A DNA stretch of 63,661 nt, counting the filler, from an uncultured bacterium (GTDB lineage: Bacteria; CAYUVA01): assembly GCA_964448115.1 (NCBI GenBank). It is 3 parts of 3 records of this genome, joined end to end, with 100 filler letters (N's around TTAATTAATTAA, not from the genome) between each part and the next. Parts side by side here need not be neighbours in the genome. Positions count along the whole stretch, not along the records: positions 1 to 22,787 come from CAYUVA010000056.1; 2 more parts are not named here. One strand, given 5' to 3'. Numbering within the stretch: position 1 is the first letter of the stretch; each line of letters starts with the position of its first letter. This document shows positions 9,725 through 19,867 of this stretch, one piece after another. The translations under genes and the position numbers were made by a program. Under the pieces are notes generated by a model. The model was not told the origin of the DNA, searched no databases, and worked only from the letters and a program-made list of their open reading frames with translations.

Positions 9725-10675
9725 CTATTCTATTGCTGATTCAAGTAGTTTTATGCACAGCTCATCAAAGCTGATACCAGCCTTAGCTGCTGCCTTTGGC
9801 AACAGGCTATGATCGGTCATGCCCGGTATGGTGTTCAGCTCGAGCACATAAGGCTCGTTATCCGAACTCACCCTGAAGTCCACCCGCACTGCCCCCTTGG
9901 CTCTAAGCGCCTGGCATGTGGCAAGCGCATACCTCTGCATCAAGGCGGTTGCCTCATCGGTGAAGTCAGCAGGGACGATATACTCGGTATCGTCAGCATC
10001 GTACTTGGCTTGGTAGTCATAGAACCCGCTCTTGGGGACGATTTCAACCACTGGCAGCGACCTGCCATCGATTACTCCCACTGTTGCCTCTCGTCCAGCT
10101 ATATACTCCTCGATCAGCACCCTGTCGCCATACCTGAAAGCCTCGCTGAGCGCATCATCGAAGGTGGTAGCTTCCTGCACGATGCTGGCGCCCACAGTGG
10201 ATCCCTCGCAGGCTGGTTTCACCACCCGCGGATAGCCGAGCCGGTGGGGATCGGCAAGCTCGATGCCGGGGAATCGGGTTGTTGCCCATGCCGGGTTGCA
10301 GTAGCCTTTTTTCTCCATCACCGCGAAGCGAGGGGTCGGTATCCCATGATAGATCAAGATCCTCTTGCTCATTATCTTGTCAAGTGCGAGAGCGCTGCCC
10401 AAAACACCGCTGCCGGTATAGGGTATGTCCAGGAATTCAAGCACTCCCTGGATGACACCGTCCTCGCCCCACTTGCCGTGCATGGCGATGAAAGCAATAT
10501 CGATGTTGTGTGCTGCCAACTGCTGCACCAAGTCCCTGCCCACATCTATCCCAACTGCGACCAAGCCTCTCGATATTAGGGCATCGAGCACCGCGCTGCC
10601 CGTCTTTAACGATACCTGGCGCTCAGAGCTAATGCCCCCCATCAAAACTCCGATCTTCATATCGCTAAGCTTCAT
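9725..10675 (-). CDS. ddl: D-alanine--D-alanine ligase
   Basis: GGISSER.VSL.TG, HGKWGEDG, YTGSG, EGST.G, YDYQAKY and ELNTIPGMT..SLLP motifs. Confidence 0.97.
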   Translation of the reverse strand: MKLSDMKIGVLMGGISSERQVSLKTGSAVLDALISRGLVAVGIDVGRDLVQQLAAHNIDIAFIAMHGKWGEDGVIQGVLEFLDIPYTGSGVLGSALALDKIMSKRILIYHGIPTPRFAVMEKKGYCNPAWATTRFPGIELADPHRLGYPRVVKPACEGSTVGASIVQEATTFDDALSEAFRYGDRVLIEEYIAGREATVGVIDGRSLPVVEIVPKSGFYDYQAKYDADDTEYIVPADFTDEATALMQRYALATCQALRAKGAVRVDFRVSSDNEPYVLELNTIPGMTDHSLLPKAAAKAGISFDELCIKLLESAIE

Positions 10676-11541
10676 TTGAACACCCCCATCAGCTTGACCT
10701 CATATTCGAGGTCTATGCCTAGTTCTTGCTTGACCTTGGCGCGCACAAGCTCCGCCAAGTCAAGGACCTGGCTTGCAGTCGCCTTGCCCTTATTGCAAAT
10801 AAAGTTGCAGTGTTTCTCTGAGATAAAAGCATCATCGAGGCTGAAACCGGCAAGTCCAAGTGATGCAATAAGCTTGCCTGCGTGCTTGCCGTGCGGGTTC
10901 TTGAAGAAGCAGCCAGCGGTCAAAGCATCATAAGGCTGGGTTGCTTTCCTTTTTTGCATGTATGCGAGCATCTCTTGTTTTAATCTTTCTTTATCTGCCT
11001 TTTCCAATCGGAGCCTGGCAGCGACTATCATCGCCCCCTTGGGCATCTCAAAGCCTCTGTAATCAAAACGGAGGTCTTCTCTTGGCAGCTCGATATCATC
11101 GAGATGGGGAGTAATAATGCGCACGCTTACAATATGATCCGAGATCTGTCCCCCATAGGCGCCAGCGTTCATTATCACCGCCCCGCCGACCGTTCCTGGT
11201 ATCCCATATCCCCATTGCAGGCTGCCAAGTCCTCTACTGGAGCATTCGGATATCAGGCTGCTTAGATGGACCCCTCCATAGACTACGATCTGGTCATCTT
11301 CATAGGCTATCTCCTTGGAGCTGCCCTTAAGCAATATCACCAAGCCGTTAAGCCCTTTATCGCTGATCAGCACATTTGTCCCCGCGCCCAGGATGGTTAT
11401 AGCTAGCCGGTTCTCGATACCATACTGGTAAGCCTGGATCGCATCCTGGCTGTTTTCTGCAATCACAAGCATCTCGGCAGCCCCACCGACACCAATGCTG
11501 GTATATTGGGATAGCGAGATGTTATGTTTAATATCCATCAT
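10672..11541 (-). CDS. murB: UDP-N-acetylenolpyruvoylglucosamine reductase
   Basis: IGVGG.A, LGAGTNVLISD.G, GIPGTVGGAV.MNAGAYG, AGCFFKNP, SEKH.NFI and LEYEV motifs. Confidence 0.96.
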   Translation of the reverse strand: MMDIKHNISLSQYTSIGVGGAAEMLVIAENSQDAIQAYQYGIENRLAITILGAGTNVLISDKGLNGLVILLKGSSKEIAYEDDQIVVYGGVHLSSLISECSSRGLGSLQWGYGIPGTVGGAVIMNAGAYGGQISDHIVSVRIITPHLDDIELPREDLRFDYRGFEMPKGAMIVAARLRLEKADKERLKQEMLAYMQKRKATQPYDALTAGCFFKNPHGKHAGKLIASLGLAGFSLDDAFISEKHCNFICNKGKATASQVLDLAELVRAKVKQELGIDLEYEVKLMGVFK

Positions 11542-11542
11542 C

Positions 11543-12967
11543 CTAGTCCGGGGGGCTATACCCCTTGGCTTCCAAGAACATATCTCCCACCTTGAAGACC
11601 GGCCCGGCTCCCAGTGTGAGCACCATATCCGGCTCCGCCGCCTCCGAAAGGAGTATATCGACCGCCCTCTCGAATGAAGCTACATGGTGTACATTGCGAT
11701 GTCCATGTCGCTTGATCCCTTCCATTAGCAGCCCTGAATCGACACCGGGCATCGGTTTCTCGCTAGCCGGATAGATATCTAGCAGTATCAATAAATCAGT
11801 ATCATGGAAACTAGTGTTGAACTGGTCGAGCAGATGCTTGGTGCGCGTGTAGCGATGAGGCTGGAACACAGTTATCAGCCTCCCCTTGCAAAGCCGTCTT
11901 GCTGTAGAAAGGGTAGCCTTTATCTCGGTCGGGTGATGCCCGTAATCATCAACCAGGGTGATTCCATCCACTATAGCCTTTACCTCGAAGCGGCGATCCA
12001 CCCCCTTGAACTCAAGTAACGCTTCCAGGGACTTGCTGCGCTCCACCTGCAGCTCCTCGTTGATGATGAAAGCAGCCAGCGCATTGCAAATGTTATGGCG
12101 TCCGGGTATGGATAGGTGAAGCTGCCCGATCGGCTGACCTTGCTTGAAGATATCGAAGCGCGAGCTGTATCCCTGCTCGATTATATTGTCCGCTCGATAA
12201 TCCGCCTGTGCGTTCAGTCCGTATGTGATTACCGGTCGGCTTATGCGGGGAATGATGCGTTGGACAAATATGCAATCGAGACAGAGTATGACAGAGCCAA
12301 AAAATGGAACCTTGTTTGCAAAATCGACGAATGCCTGTTCGATGCTCTCCATGTCATTGTAGAAGTCAAGATGCTCGGCATCAATATTTGTGATCACCGC
12401 TATGGTCGGTAAAAGCAGGTTGAAGCTGCCATCGCTTTCATCAGCCTCAGCCACGATAATCTCCCCTTCTCCGAGCCTTGCGCCACTGCCGAAGGAACTA
12501 AGCCGACCGCCGAGCACAACCGTTGGATCCCATCCAGCGTGATAAAGCATGGTCGCAGCCATTGAGGTAGTGGTTGTCTTTCCATGCGCCCCGGCGATGA
12601 GCACCGCATATTTAAGCCTCATCAGCTCGGCTAACATTTCAGCGCGGCGAATGACCGGGATGCCAGCTTCCCTGGCGGTTACTACCTCTACATTCTCAGC
12701 GGAAACCGCGCTGGAGACGACCACTACATCGGCATTTCCGATATTCTCTGCTTTATGTCCGATCTCGATACGGCAGCCCAATCTTCTCAACCTGCGCACC
12801 GCCGAGCCTTCCACTAGATCGGAACCGGTTACCTCGAAGTCGAGGTTCTTGAGCAGTTCAGCTATGCCGCTCATCCCGGATCCCCCGATGCCCACAAAAT
12901 GAATCCGCCGTGCCCGGTTCAGGAACAACGACCGGTAGCTTCTCACCTTTTGGCTTTTAGGTAACAT
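11543..12967 (-). CDS. murC: UDP-N-acetylmuramate--L-alanine ligase
   Basis: HFVGIGGSGMSG, AGAHGKTTTT, EADESDGSF, DDYGHHPTE and FQPHRYTR motifs. The exact start codon is uncertain. Confidence 0.97.
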   Translation of the reverse strand: MLPKSQKVRSYRSLFLNRARRIHFVGIGGSGMSGIAELLKNLDFEVTGSDLVEGSAVRRLRRLGCRIEIGHKAENIGNADVVVVSSAVSAENVEVVTAREAGIPVIRRAEMLAELMRLKYAVLIAGAHGKTTTTSMAATMLYHAGWDPTVVLGGRLSSFGSGARLGEGEIIVAEADESDGSFNLLLPTIAVITNIDAEHLDFYNDMESIEQAFVDFANKVPFFGSVILCLDCIFVQRIIPRISRPVITYGLNAQADYRADNIIEQGYSSRFDIFKQGQPIGQLHLSIPGRHNICNALAAFIINEELQVERSKSLEALLEFKGVDRRFEVKAIVDGITLVDDYGHHPTEIKATLSTARRLCKGRLITVFQPHRYTRTKHLLDQFNTSFHDTDLLILLDIYPASEKPMPGVDSGLLMEGIKRHGHRNVHHVASFERAVDILLSEAAEPDMVLTLGAGPVFKVGDMFLEAKGYSPPD

Positions 12968-14144
12968 TCTTGAGGCTCTTTTCTATCGACTTCCAGATCG
13001 GGTTACGGCTGCGAACTTGCTCCATTCTCGATTCCCTTGCCATCCCAAGCAGGATGCCGAAGGCAGACAATGTAACCACCATGGAGCTTCCACCGTAACT
13101 CACCAACGGCAGTGGAAATCCTGACACAGGAACGAGTCCGACTGACACGGCGATATTGAGCAACGACTGGATGCCGTACATGGCGGTAATACCGAACGCC
13201 AGGTAGGCTCCGAAGACATTGTTGCAGGTGCCAGCCACCCTCATCCCCTTGTGTACAATTATGATTATTGCAATAATAACGCCAATGGTGCCGATGAATC
13301 CCCACTCCTCGCCGATTATGCTGAATATGAAATCATTGTGCGGATGGGGTAGATAGAAGAGCTTCTGCTTGCTATTGCCAGCTCCGGCGCCCAAGATACC
13401 CCCCTGGCCGAAGGCTATATAGGACTGTATTATGTTGAAGCCCCTGGTTTCGGGATACTGCCAGGGATCTATGAAAGCAGCAAGGCGAGCGGCGATGCGT
13501 TGGATCTTCAATACTATCACTATTCCAGCAATGCCAGCGATGCCGATAACTGCTGCAATATACCGCCAGGGAAGGCCTATGCTTACAAGAATGGCAAATG
13601 ATATAAAAAAGACGATCGCTGCGCTGCCGAGATCGTTTTGTAGCGCTACGAGTATTATTATCACTCCGCTTAGGAGCATGGCTACATTCAGATAGTTTCT
13701 TGCCGGTAGATCATCGCTTTGCCTTATCCTGGCGCCGATATATGCCAAGGTTATGACTAGCACTAACTTGGCGAACTCGGAGGGCTGTATTCCATACCCC
13801 CAAATGGTGAACCAGCTTCTGGAGCCATTTATCTCGGATCCAAAAAGAAGCACGCCGACAAGTGAGAGCAACGAAATGGAAACCAATATCAAAATCACAG
13901 CCGGCTTGCTTAAAAAACCATGTCCAACCGTGTAGAAAAACAAAGCTAGCAGCGCTCCAACCAAAATGGCTACCAACTGATGGGAGATAAAGCGATAGGT
14001 ATCGCCGGCTAGATAATCGGAATAGATCGCACTGGCACTGTAAACCATGGACAAGCCGAATCCGAGCAAAAAAACAACCGGCAGGAAGATCCACCATTCC
14101 AAGCCCATCAGCCAGTCATTTAATATTTCTCCTGCTCTTTTCAT
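12957..14144 (-). CDS. ftsW: SEDS peptidoglycan polymerase FtsW
   Basis: MVYSAS, INGSRSW, QPSEFAK, Q.DLG, QKLFYLP..HNDFIFSIIGEE.G and LP.VSYGGSS motifs; dcw position. Confidence 0.95.
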   Translation of the reverse strand: MKRAGEILNDWLMGLEWWIFLPVVFLLGFGLSMVYSASAIYSDYLAGDTYRFISHQLVAILVGALLALFFYTVGHGFLSKPAVILILVSISLLSLVGVLLFGSEINGSRSWFTIWGYGIQPSEFAKLVLVITLAYIGARIRQSDDLPARNYLNVAMLLSGVIIILVALQNDLGSAAIVFFISFAILVSIGLPWRYIAAVIGIAGIAGIVIVLKIQRIAARLAAFIDPWQYPETRGFNIIQSYIAFGQGGILGAGAGNSKQKLFYLPHPHNDFIFSIIGEEWGFIGTIGVIIAIIIIVHKGMRVAGTCNNVFGAYLAFGITAMYGIQSLLNIAVSVGLVPVSGFPLPLVSYGGSSMVVTLSAFGILLGMARESRMEQVRSRNPIWKSIEKSLKNVT

Positions 14145-15574
14145 TGCTTTTCCTTTTTCTTCATTTCGAGTCGCTGCTTTACCTTTACGCTAAAGTCATC
14201 GCCACGAGCAAGATAATTATCGTACATATCAAAGCTGCTACAAGCCGGCGCCAGGAGTATAGTATCCCCTATCAGCGCCTCAAAGACCGCTATATCGACT
14301 GCCTCAGACATATTCATTGCTCTTTTCACAGGGCAGATGTCCTTGAGTGCATCCTCGATTAGCCCCGCTGCCTCCCCGATGAGCACGGCGAGCTTCACCT
14401 TGCCTTTTGCTTCCCTGGCCAGGGCTGCATAATCTCCCCTCTTGTGCACTCCGCCTGCGATCAGTATCAGCGGCGCTTTCTGCGACCTGAGCGAGATGAC
14501 GGCAGCATGGACATTGGTCGCCTTGCTGTCATCCACCGCCTTGATACCGTGTATGTCTGCGACTAGCTGCTGCCTATGAGCGAGCGGCTTGAACTCCTTG
14601 ATAACCTTTATACACCGCCTGGCGTCGTCCAGTATGGGGAGCACCGCGCTAAGGGCTGCCATGGAGTCCTGAAGTAGGTACTCGGGCAGGGCATTGACCA
14701 TCCCTGAATCCATGTAGATAGTCTCTTTTCCTTTCCACAGGGCACATATCTTTTCACCATCCCGGTAGATCCCGTCCAAGGCGGGAAGGGACCTGGTTCC
14801 AAACGCGATCCTGGTTGCCTTGGAGGCGGAAGCGATCCTGCAGACCAGATCATCAGTATTATTGAATGCCAGATAGTCGTTCGGCTCCTGGTTTACCGTT
14901 ATGCGCGCCTTTGATTTAGCATACTCCTCGAAGTTGGCGTGCCAATCGAGGTGATCCGGCGCGATATTTAGAATGACAGCCACATAAGGCTTGAAGACCT
15001 CAACATATTGCAGTTGGAACGAGCTGACCTCAGCAACGATATATTGCAGCTTATGGTCATCAATCGCGATATCGACAAGCGGCTTTCCGTAGTTTCCCCC
15101 CAATCCTGCTTTGATCCCGGCAGCCTGCAGCATTGATTGGATCAACAGTGCGGTTGTGCTTTTGCCGTTGGTGCCGGTAACTGCGATGACAGGGGTGCTG
15201 GTAATATGGAAGGCAAGCTCTATGTCTCCGATTATCGGGATGCCTGCTCTTTTGGCATAGGAAAAAGGTGGGGCATTTTGGGGGATCCCCGGACTTGGAA
15301 AGAACGCCTTGGACTTGGCGAAGATCCTTTGGGTATGTACTCCCAGTTCTACATCATCAATGGATTTAGCGAGCATGGCTGCCGCATCTCTAGTCCTTTG
15401 GTTGTCTGTGCCTTCGGTTACACTTACCTTGAAGCCTAGGGTGCTGAAAAGATTTACCAAACTCTTGCCAGTTACCCCAAGCCCGCCGATGACAATGCAT
15501 TGATTGGGGACGAGCCACCAACGCTCCTTGAGTTTCCTTAATATCTGCTCTTTTTTATCCGGGTTGATCTCCAT
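14141..15574 (-). CDS. murD: UDP-N-acetylmuramoyl-L-alanine--D-glutamate ligase
   Basis: SPGI, VTGTNGKSTT, EVSSFQL, DHLDWH, DSKATN and LLAPACSSFD motifs. Confidence 0.96.
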   Translation of the reverse strand: MEINPDKKEQILRKLKERWWLVPNQCIVIGGLGVTGKSLVNLFSTLGFKVSVTEGTDNQRTRDAAAMLAKSIDDVELGVHTQRIFAKSKAFFPSPGIPQNAPPFSYAKRAGIPIIGDIELAFHITSTPVIAVTGTNGKSTTALLIQSMLQAAGIKAGLGGNYGKPLVDIAIDDHKLQYIVAEVSSFQLQYVEVFKPYVAVILNIAPDHLDWHANFEEYAKSKARITVNQEPNDYLAFNNTDDLVCRIASASKATRIAFGTRSLPALDGIYRDGEKICALWKGKETIYMDSGMVNALPEYLLQDSMAALSAVLPILDDARRCIKVIKEFKPLAHRQQLVADIHGIKAVDDSKATNVHAAVISLRSQKAPLILIAGGVHKRGDYAALAREAKGKVKLAVLIGEAAGLIEDALKDICPVKRAMNMSEAVDIAVFEALIGDTILLAPACSSFDMYDNYLARGDDFSVKVKQRLEMKKKEKQ

Positions 15575-15576
15575 AA

Positions 15577-17265
15577 CTACAATTTTTTGGTCTTTTTCAT
15601 TTCAATGAAAGGCTTGGCCATGGGCGGCACCTGTGCTTCATCCGGCTGGACATTCAGGTGTATGAGCGCCTTTTTCATTATCTCGGCAAAGGCAGGTGCA
15701 GCCGAGGTGCCGCCGGTTGATTCCTCGTCAGGCTCGACGAAGATCACCAGTCCAACCAACCGGGGATGAGCCACTGGTGCAAAGCCTACAAAGGAGGCAA
15801 CTACCTTGCTGTGCGAATAGCTACCAGTTATGGGATCGTAGATCTGGGCAGTACCGGTCTTCCCTGCCGTGCTATATCCTTCTATGGCAGCCTTCTTGCC
15901 GGTTCCACGCCTCACAACCTCATGCAATATTTTTTTTAGCTTATCGGATGTATCCGAGTCGATTACAGCATAGCTATTGTCATAGATCCCAAGATCGACC
16001 TGGCTGCCACTGGCTGATAATGCTCGCTTTACCAGGCGCGGGCTGACCAGGTTTCCTTTATTTGCGATAGCGCAGAATGCATTGATTAGTTGCAGTGGCG
16101 TAACCGAGATCCCCTGTCCGATGGCGTAGAATTTCAGGTCATCCAGGGAGATAACACCTAGCGGGATCTTTCCCCTTTCCTCCCCGGGCAGGCAGATGCC
16201 GGTCTTCTCTCCCAACCCGAAAAGCCTGAAATAGTGGATCAACCGGTTCCCCCCCAGGTAATCAGCCATGGCAGCCGCTCCCTCGTTGCTCGATTTAACG
16301 ATGATATCCAGCAAGCTCATCTTTCCGGCAGTTGTAAATAGCGGCTCGTTTACCGGTATCTTCTTGTCTTGTATGAGTCCAGCAGCTACGATCACCTTTA
16401 TTGTGCTCCCCGGCTCGTAAACCAAAGAGATGGGCAGGTTCTTATGCTGCTTTGATTGATACGGGAATGGGGCATTGGGATCGAAGCTCGGATACTGAGC
16501 CATTGCCAGTATCTCGCCGCTATAAGGCTCCATGAGGATCGCAACTGCACTGTTGGCTCCTATGGACTGGCAGTATTTCATTAAAACCTGGTATGTATGG
16601 TATTGCAGCACCTGGTCAATGGTGAGAACCAGGGTTTTTACCTTGCTTTGCGGTTTCAGGGTTACGAACTGCACCTGGAAGGCTCGTTCGCGATTATCCT
16701 GCTTTCGGATTAAAAAACCAGGTGTTCCGGCAAGGAAAGCATCAAACTGGTACTCGATGCCCTCCAAGCCAATATAGTCTGTTCCGACCATTCCAAGCAA
16801 CGGCGCCGAGTACAGGCCATTGGGATATATCCGCATCGGCTCCTCGGTGAAATATAGCCCCTCAAGCTCCAAGGCAATGAGCTGTTCAGCCAGATTGTCC
16901 GCAAGCTGCCGGGCAACCCATACGAAGTTGTCCCACTTGAGAAGCCGCTTTTTGGTTTGGGCATCGAGGCTCCCAAGTACGCTCTCGACCCTTGATATCC
17001 ATTTATGGCGATCCTTTATCTCTCTTGGGACCGCAAAGAACGAACGAGCATACCTGCTTATGGCTAGCTCTCGATAGTTGCGATCATATATCACTCCCCG
17101 CTCGGTGGTGATCTTATCTACCCTTGAGTACTGTCGTTCAGCGAGCTGCAAGGTCCTCTCTCTGCCGAACACCTGCAACTGTAAAAGTCGCACTACTACA
17201 CCGACATAGCCGATAACCAGGACTACGAACAGTACCTTGATCGATCTTTTTAAGCGCTCTGGCAT
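15577..17265 (-). CDS. ftsI: Class B penicillin-binding protein (FtsI/PBP3)
   Basis: N-terminal TM, RG.IYDRN, R.YP.G, G.EG.E; catalytic STIK, SSN and KTG motifs; follows ftsL. Confidence 0.93.
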   Translation of the reverse strand: MPERLKRSIKVLFVVLVIGYVGVVVRLLQLQVFGRERTLQLAERQYSRVDKITTERGVIYDRNYRELAISRYARSFFAVPREIKDRHKWISRVESVLGSLDAQTKKRLLKWDNFVWVARQLADNLAEQLIALELEGLYFTEEPMRIYPNGLYSAPLLGMVGTDYIGLEGIEYQFDAFLAGTPGFLIRKQDNRERAFQVQFVTLKPQSKVKTLVLTIDQVLQYHTYQVLMKYCQSIGANSAVAILMEPYSGEILAMAQYPSFDPNAPFPYQSKQHKNLPISLVYEPGSTIKVIVAAGLIQDKKIPVNEPLFTTAGKMSLLDIIVKSSNEGAAAMADYLGGNRLIHYFRLFGLGEKTGICLPGEERGKIPLGVISLDDLKFYAIGQGISVTPLQLINAFCAIANKGNLVSPRLVKRALSASGSQVDLGIYDNSYAVIDSDTSDKLKKILHEVVRRGTGKKAAIEGYSTAGKTGTAQIYDPITGSYSHSKVVASFVGFAPVAHPRLVGLVIFVEPDEESTGGTSAAPAFAEIMKKALIHLNVQPDEAQVPPMAKPFIEMKKTKKL

Positions 17266-17266
17266 G

Positions 17267-17608
17267 CTACTTACTTTGCATTAGGTTATCATCAAGCAGT
17301 AACCTTGGCATGGGAACGATTATTACCTGTCTTGTCGAAGGCTCCGTCAATCCAAGCTGTTGTTCTGCTATCTTTTTTATCTCAGCAAGGTCGTAGGTGG
17401 AGGCTCTTTTTGCCATCAGCCTCTCCCTCTCCCTTAACAGCTTCTGTTTTTCCATAACCATCTTGGATATGCGATATTTTACATGCATGGTCCTCACTTC
17501 TCGCTGAACTATAAAGAAAAGCATGGTCATTGATGCCACCATGGCAACCAGGGTAATAACCGCTGCTAACGGCTTTAAGTATCTAGACCTTATAATAGCA
17601 TCATACAT
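17267..17608 (-). CDS. ftsL: Cell division protein FtsL-like
   Basis: One TM followed by a coiled coil ending IA.QQLGL..P; located between rsmH and ftsI. Confidence 0.75.
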   Translation of the reverse strand: MYDAIIRSRYLKPLAAVITLVAMVASMTMLFFIVQREVRTMHVKYRISKMVMEKQKLLRERERLMAKRASTYDLAEIKKIAEQQLGLTEPSTRQVIIVPMPRLLLDDNLMQSK

Positions 17609-17609
17609 C

Positions 17610-18581
17610 TTAAATTCTCTCTATGGCTCTTAGCTTGGCGCTCCTGGCTCTTGGATTGCGCTTTATCTCTTCGAGGGATGGCTTTACGACTCGGCTAGTA
17701 AGCGCCTTGACCTCCGGCTCGTGTCCGCAGGCGCAAAATGGAGCATCCGCAGGGCATATACATGCTGAGGAAAGGTGTTTTATGGCTTCTTTTGCCTTCC
17801 TGTCCTCCAGGGATTGATATGATATTATCACCATCCTTCCCCCGGCAACAAGCATCCTGGCAGCCTCTACGAACAGGTGTTTTAGGTTGGTCAACTCGTC
17901 ATTGGTTGCTATGCGAAGAGCCTGGAAGACCCTTGTTGCTGGATGTATGTTCGATTTTCTATCTTTATTATGTATGGCGCTGGCTATAACATTCGCAAGC
18001 TGCCTGGTATCGTGCAGCCTACGCTCAGCAATCGCTTTTTTTATGGCAGCGGCGATGCGCCTCGAATTCGACTGCTCCCCGTAGGTTCGAATTATCTGGG
18101 CAAGTTTCTCCACGGAGCTATCGCACAGGATATCCCAGGCAGTCTGTTGTTGTCTCTTGTCCATGCGCATATCTATGGGTCCCGCCTTGGAGAAAGAGAA
18201 TCCGCGACTCGCATCATCGACATGCAGGGCACTCAATCCGAGATCGAACAGTATGCCGTGTATCTGGGGGTATTCTTTAGATAATACATGCTTTTTCATA
18301 TCCCGAAAGTCGCTGTGGATGAATCGAATCCTCTTTTTATATTCGGCGAGCCTTTGTTCGCTTATTTGAAGTGCCTGCTTGTCTTTGTCAAAGGCGACCA
18401 GTTTCCCATCGGGCGCGCTCAACTCCAGGATGCGCAGCGCATGACCACCGCTGCCGACCGTGGCATCGATATAGCAGCCACCGGGGCGCGGGTCCAGGTA
18501 CTCCATCGCCTCGTTTAGCATCACCGGCTCATGTATTATTTCACCCATCGTATCATTCAACATGATCAAATCCATGATCAA
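17610..18581 (-). CDS. rsmH: 16S rRNA m4C1402 methyltransferase
   Basis: HEPVM, DATVGSGGH, DLGLS, RGFSF, DMRMD, HPATRVFQALRI, SLEDR and NPRARSAKLR motifs. Confidence 0.97.
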   Translation of the reverse strand: MIMDLIMLNDTMGEIIHEPVMLNEAMEYLDPRPGGCYIDATVGSGGHALRILELSAPDGKLVAFDKDKQALQISEQRLAEYKKRIRFIHSDFRDMKKHVLSKEYPQIHGILFDLGLSALHVDDASRGFSFSKAGPIDMRMDKRQQQTAWDILCDSSVEKLAQIIRTYGEQSNSRRIAAAIKKAIAERRLHDTRQLANVIASAIHNKDRKSNIHPATRVFQALRIATNDELTNLKHLFVEAARMLVAGGRMVIISYQSLEDRKAKEAIKHLSSACICPADAPFCACGHEPEVKALTSRVVKPSLEEIKRNPRARSAKLRAIERI

Positions 18582-19021
18582 TACTTCAGCTCGCCGACCT
18601 GTCGGAGGTAGGTCTCATCTTTTTCCCTCTGGACAAGATCCTCGTCAAGCCGCCGGGGATTCCAGATCTCCAGGTGATCCAGCTTGCCGACAATCACGAC
18701 TTCTCTTTCGATCCCGGCGATCCTCCTCAGGTTCTCAGAGATGAGCATCCTTCCTTTATCGGACATCTTGACCCTTTCCCCGCGCACCGACAAGGCTCTA
18801 ACAAAGGTCTGCAGGGTATCATCGGTGATCGGTGCCTGATTCCAGCGCTCAGAAAGGCTGTTGAACTTGGCTTCGGGGTAAACCGCTATGTAGTGCTTGC
18901 CGATGGGGACGGTCATATAGAGGATGTTGCTGCCGCTGCTTTTTACCTGCTCCCGGAAGTCCGCCGGGCAGATCAGCCTCCCCTTGTCATCGATCGTATG
19001 CCTGTATGAGCCGAAGAACAT
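18578..19021 (-). CDS. mraZ: Division/cell wall cluster transcriptional repressor MraZ
   Basis: MFFGSY.HTIDDKGRL, a second DKGR and a LEIW motif; first gene of the dcw cluster. Confidence 0.95.
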   Translation of the reverse strand: MFFGSYRHTIDDKGRLICPADFREQVKSSGSNILYMTVPIGKHYIAVYPEAKFNSLSERWNQAPITDDTLQTFVRALSVRGERVKMSDKGRMLISENLRRIAGIEREVVIVGKLDHLEIWNPRRLDEDLVQREKDETYLRQVGELKY

Positions 19022-19197
19022 GCTAGTTATCCGTTTATCTCAAACCTGTTTATTCACCAAAAAATGGTGCGGGCGAAAATGCCATTATCTTTTAAGTAAG
19101 ATGAAACTGGCTGATTAACTCGCAATGAAAACATTAATGGTTTATGATGCATTTTGAGACAAACCTCCTTGAAAGGCTTGGATTGCCTCGACAGCGC

Positions 19198-19259
19198 TCC
19201 TTTATGTTCCAATTTGTTACTATCTTATTCCAATATAATCCACTTTATGGAAAAGTCAA
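19198..19259 (-). promoter_or_regulatory. dcw promoter with MraZ-box-like 10-bp periodic TGG repeats
   Basis: The minus strand reads TTGACT-N16-TATATT, overlapped by aaaGTGGattatatTGGaataagaTAGtaacaaatTGGaacataaAGG (period about 10 bp), the known layout of MraZ operators. Confidence 0.65.
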
Positions 19260-19365
19260 GTCTTTTTTGTATTAGATCTATTGTTGTAAATTTCGATGTT
19301 TTAAAGTAGCTTACATATCTACCGAATGGTAAGTATTTCAACTTTAGGAAAAACAAGTACAAAAG

Positions 19366-19839
19366 ATGGATATCGACAGGCAGAGCAATGAAGAGATCCT
19401 GCGTGGCATAAATGCCTACCTGAGGTGTGGCGGATCGCGGGTAGCAGTTCTTGGAAATCTCCTGGCGGCATTGATGACCAGCCATGGGAGGATCTCATGG
19501 TGTGGATTCTACCTGGTCGATGAACAGGCAAGGGAGTTACACCTCGATGTCTTCCACGGTCCCCCTACCGCGCACACTATCATCCCCTTTGGCGAGGGGA
19601 TCTGCGGAATGGCGGTGGAGAAAAGAGAGACCATCTATTTCGGTGATGTCAAGACCAATCCTCGATATATCGCCTGCGATCCCCTGGTGCGCTGCGAGGC
19701 GGTGTTGCCTATCCTCGTGGGCGAACGCATAGTTGCTGTGCTTGATATCGACAGCTACCAGGACCATGCCTTTGAGCAAGATGACCTGGAGCTATTCGAG
19801 TCTTGCGCCAAGATGTCGGCAGAATACATCGAACGATGA
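19366..19839 (+). CDS. GAF-domain protein, free methionine-R-sulfoxide reductase (MsrC/fRMsr)-like
   Basis: W.GFYL, F.GP, I..GEGICG, YIACD, E.VLPI and VLDIDS motifs. Confidence 0.8.
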   Translation: MDIDRQSNEEILRGINAYLRCGGSRVAVLGNLLAALMTSHGRISWCGFYLVDEQARELHLDVFHGPPTAHTIIPFGEGICGMAVEKRETIYFGDVKTNPRYIACDPLVRCEAVLPILVGERIVAVLDIDSYQDHAFEQDDLELFESCAKMSAEYIER

Positions 19840-19867
19840 ACTTATCAAACCTCATCAAGAGTCGCTG

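Noticed and set aside
9809-10579. Long antisense ORFs (e.g. 9809-10579, 2609-3181, 26592-27116, 50221-50808)
   Set aside because: They are shadows of well-supported genes on the opposite strand and have no recognisable motifs.
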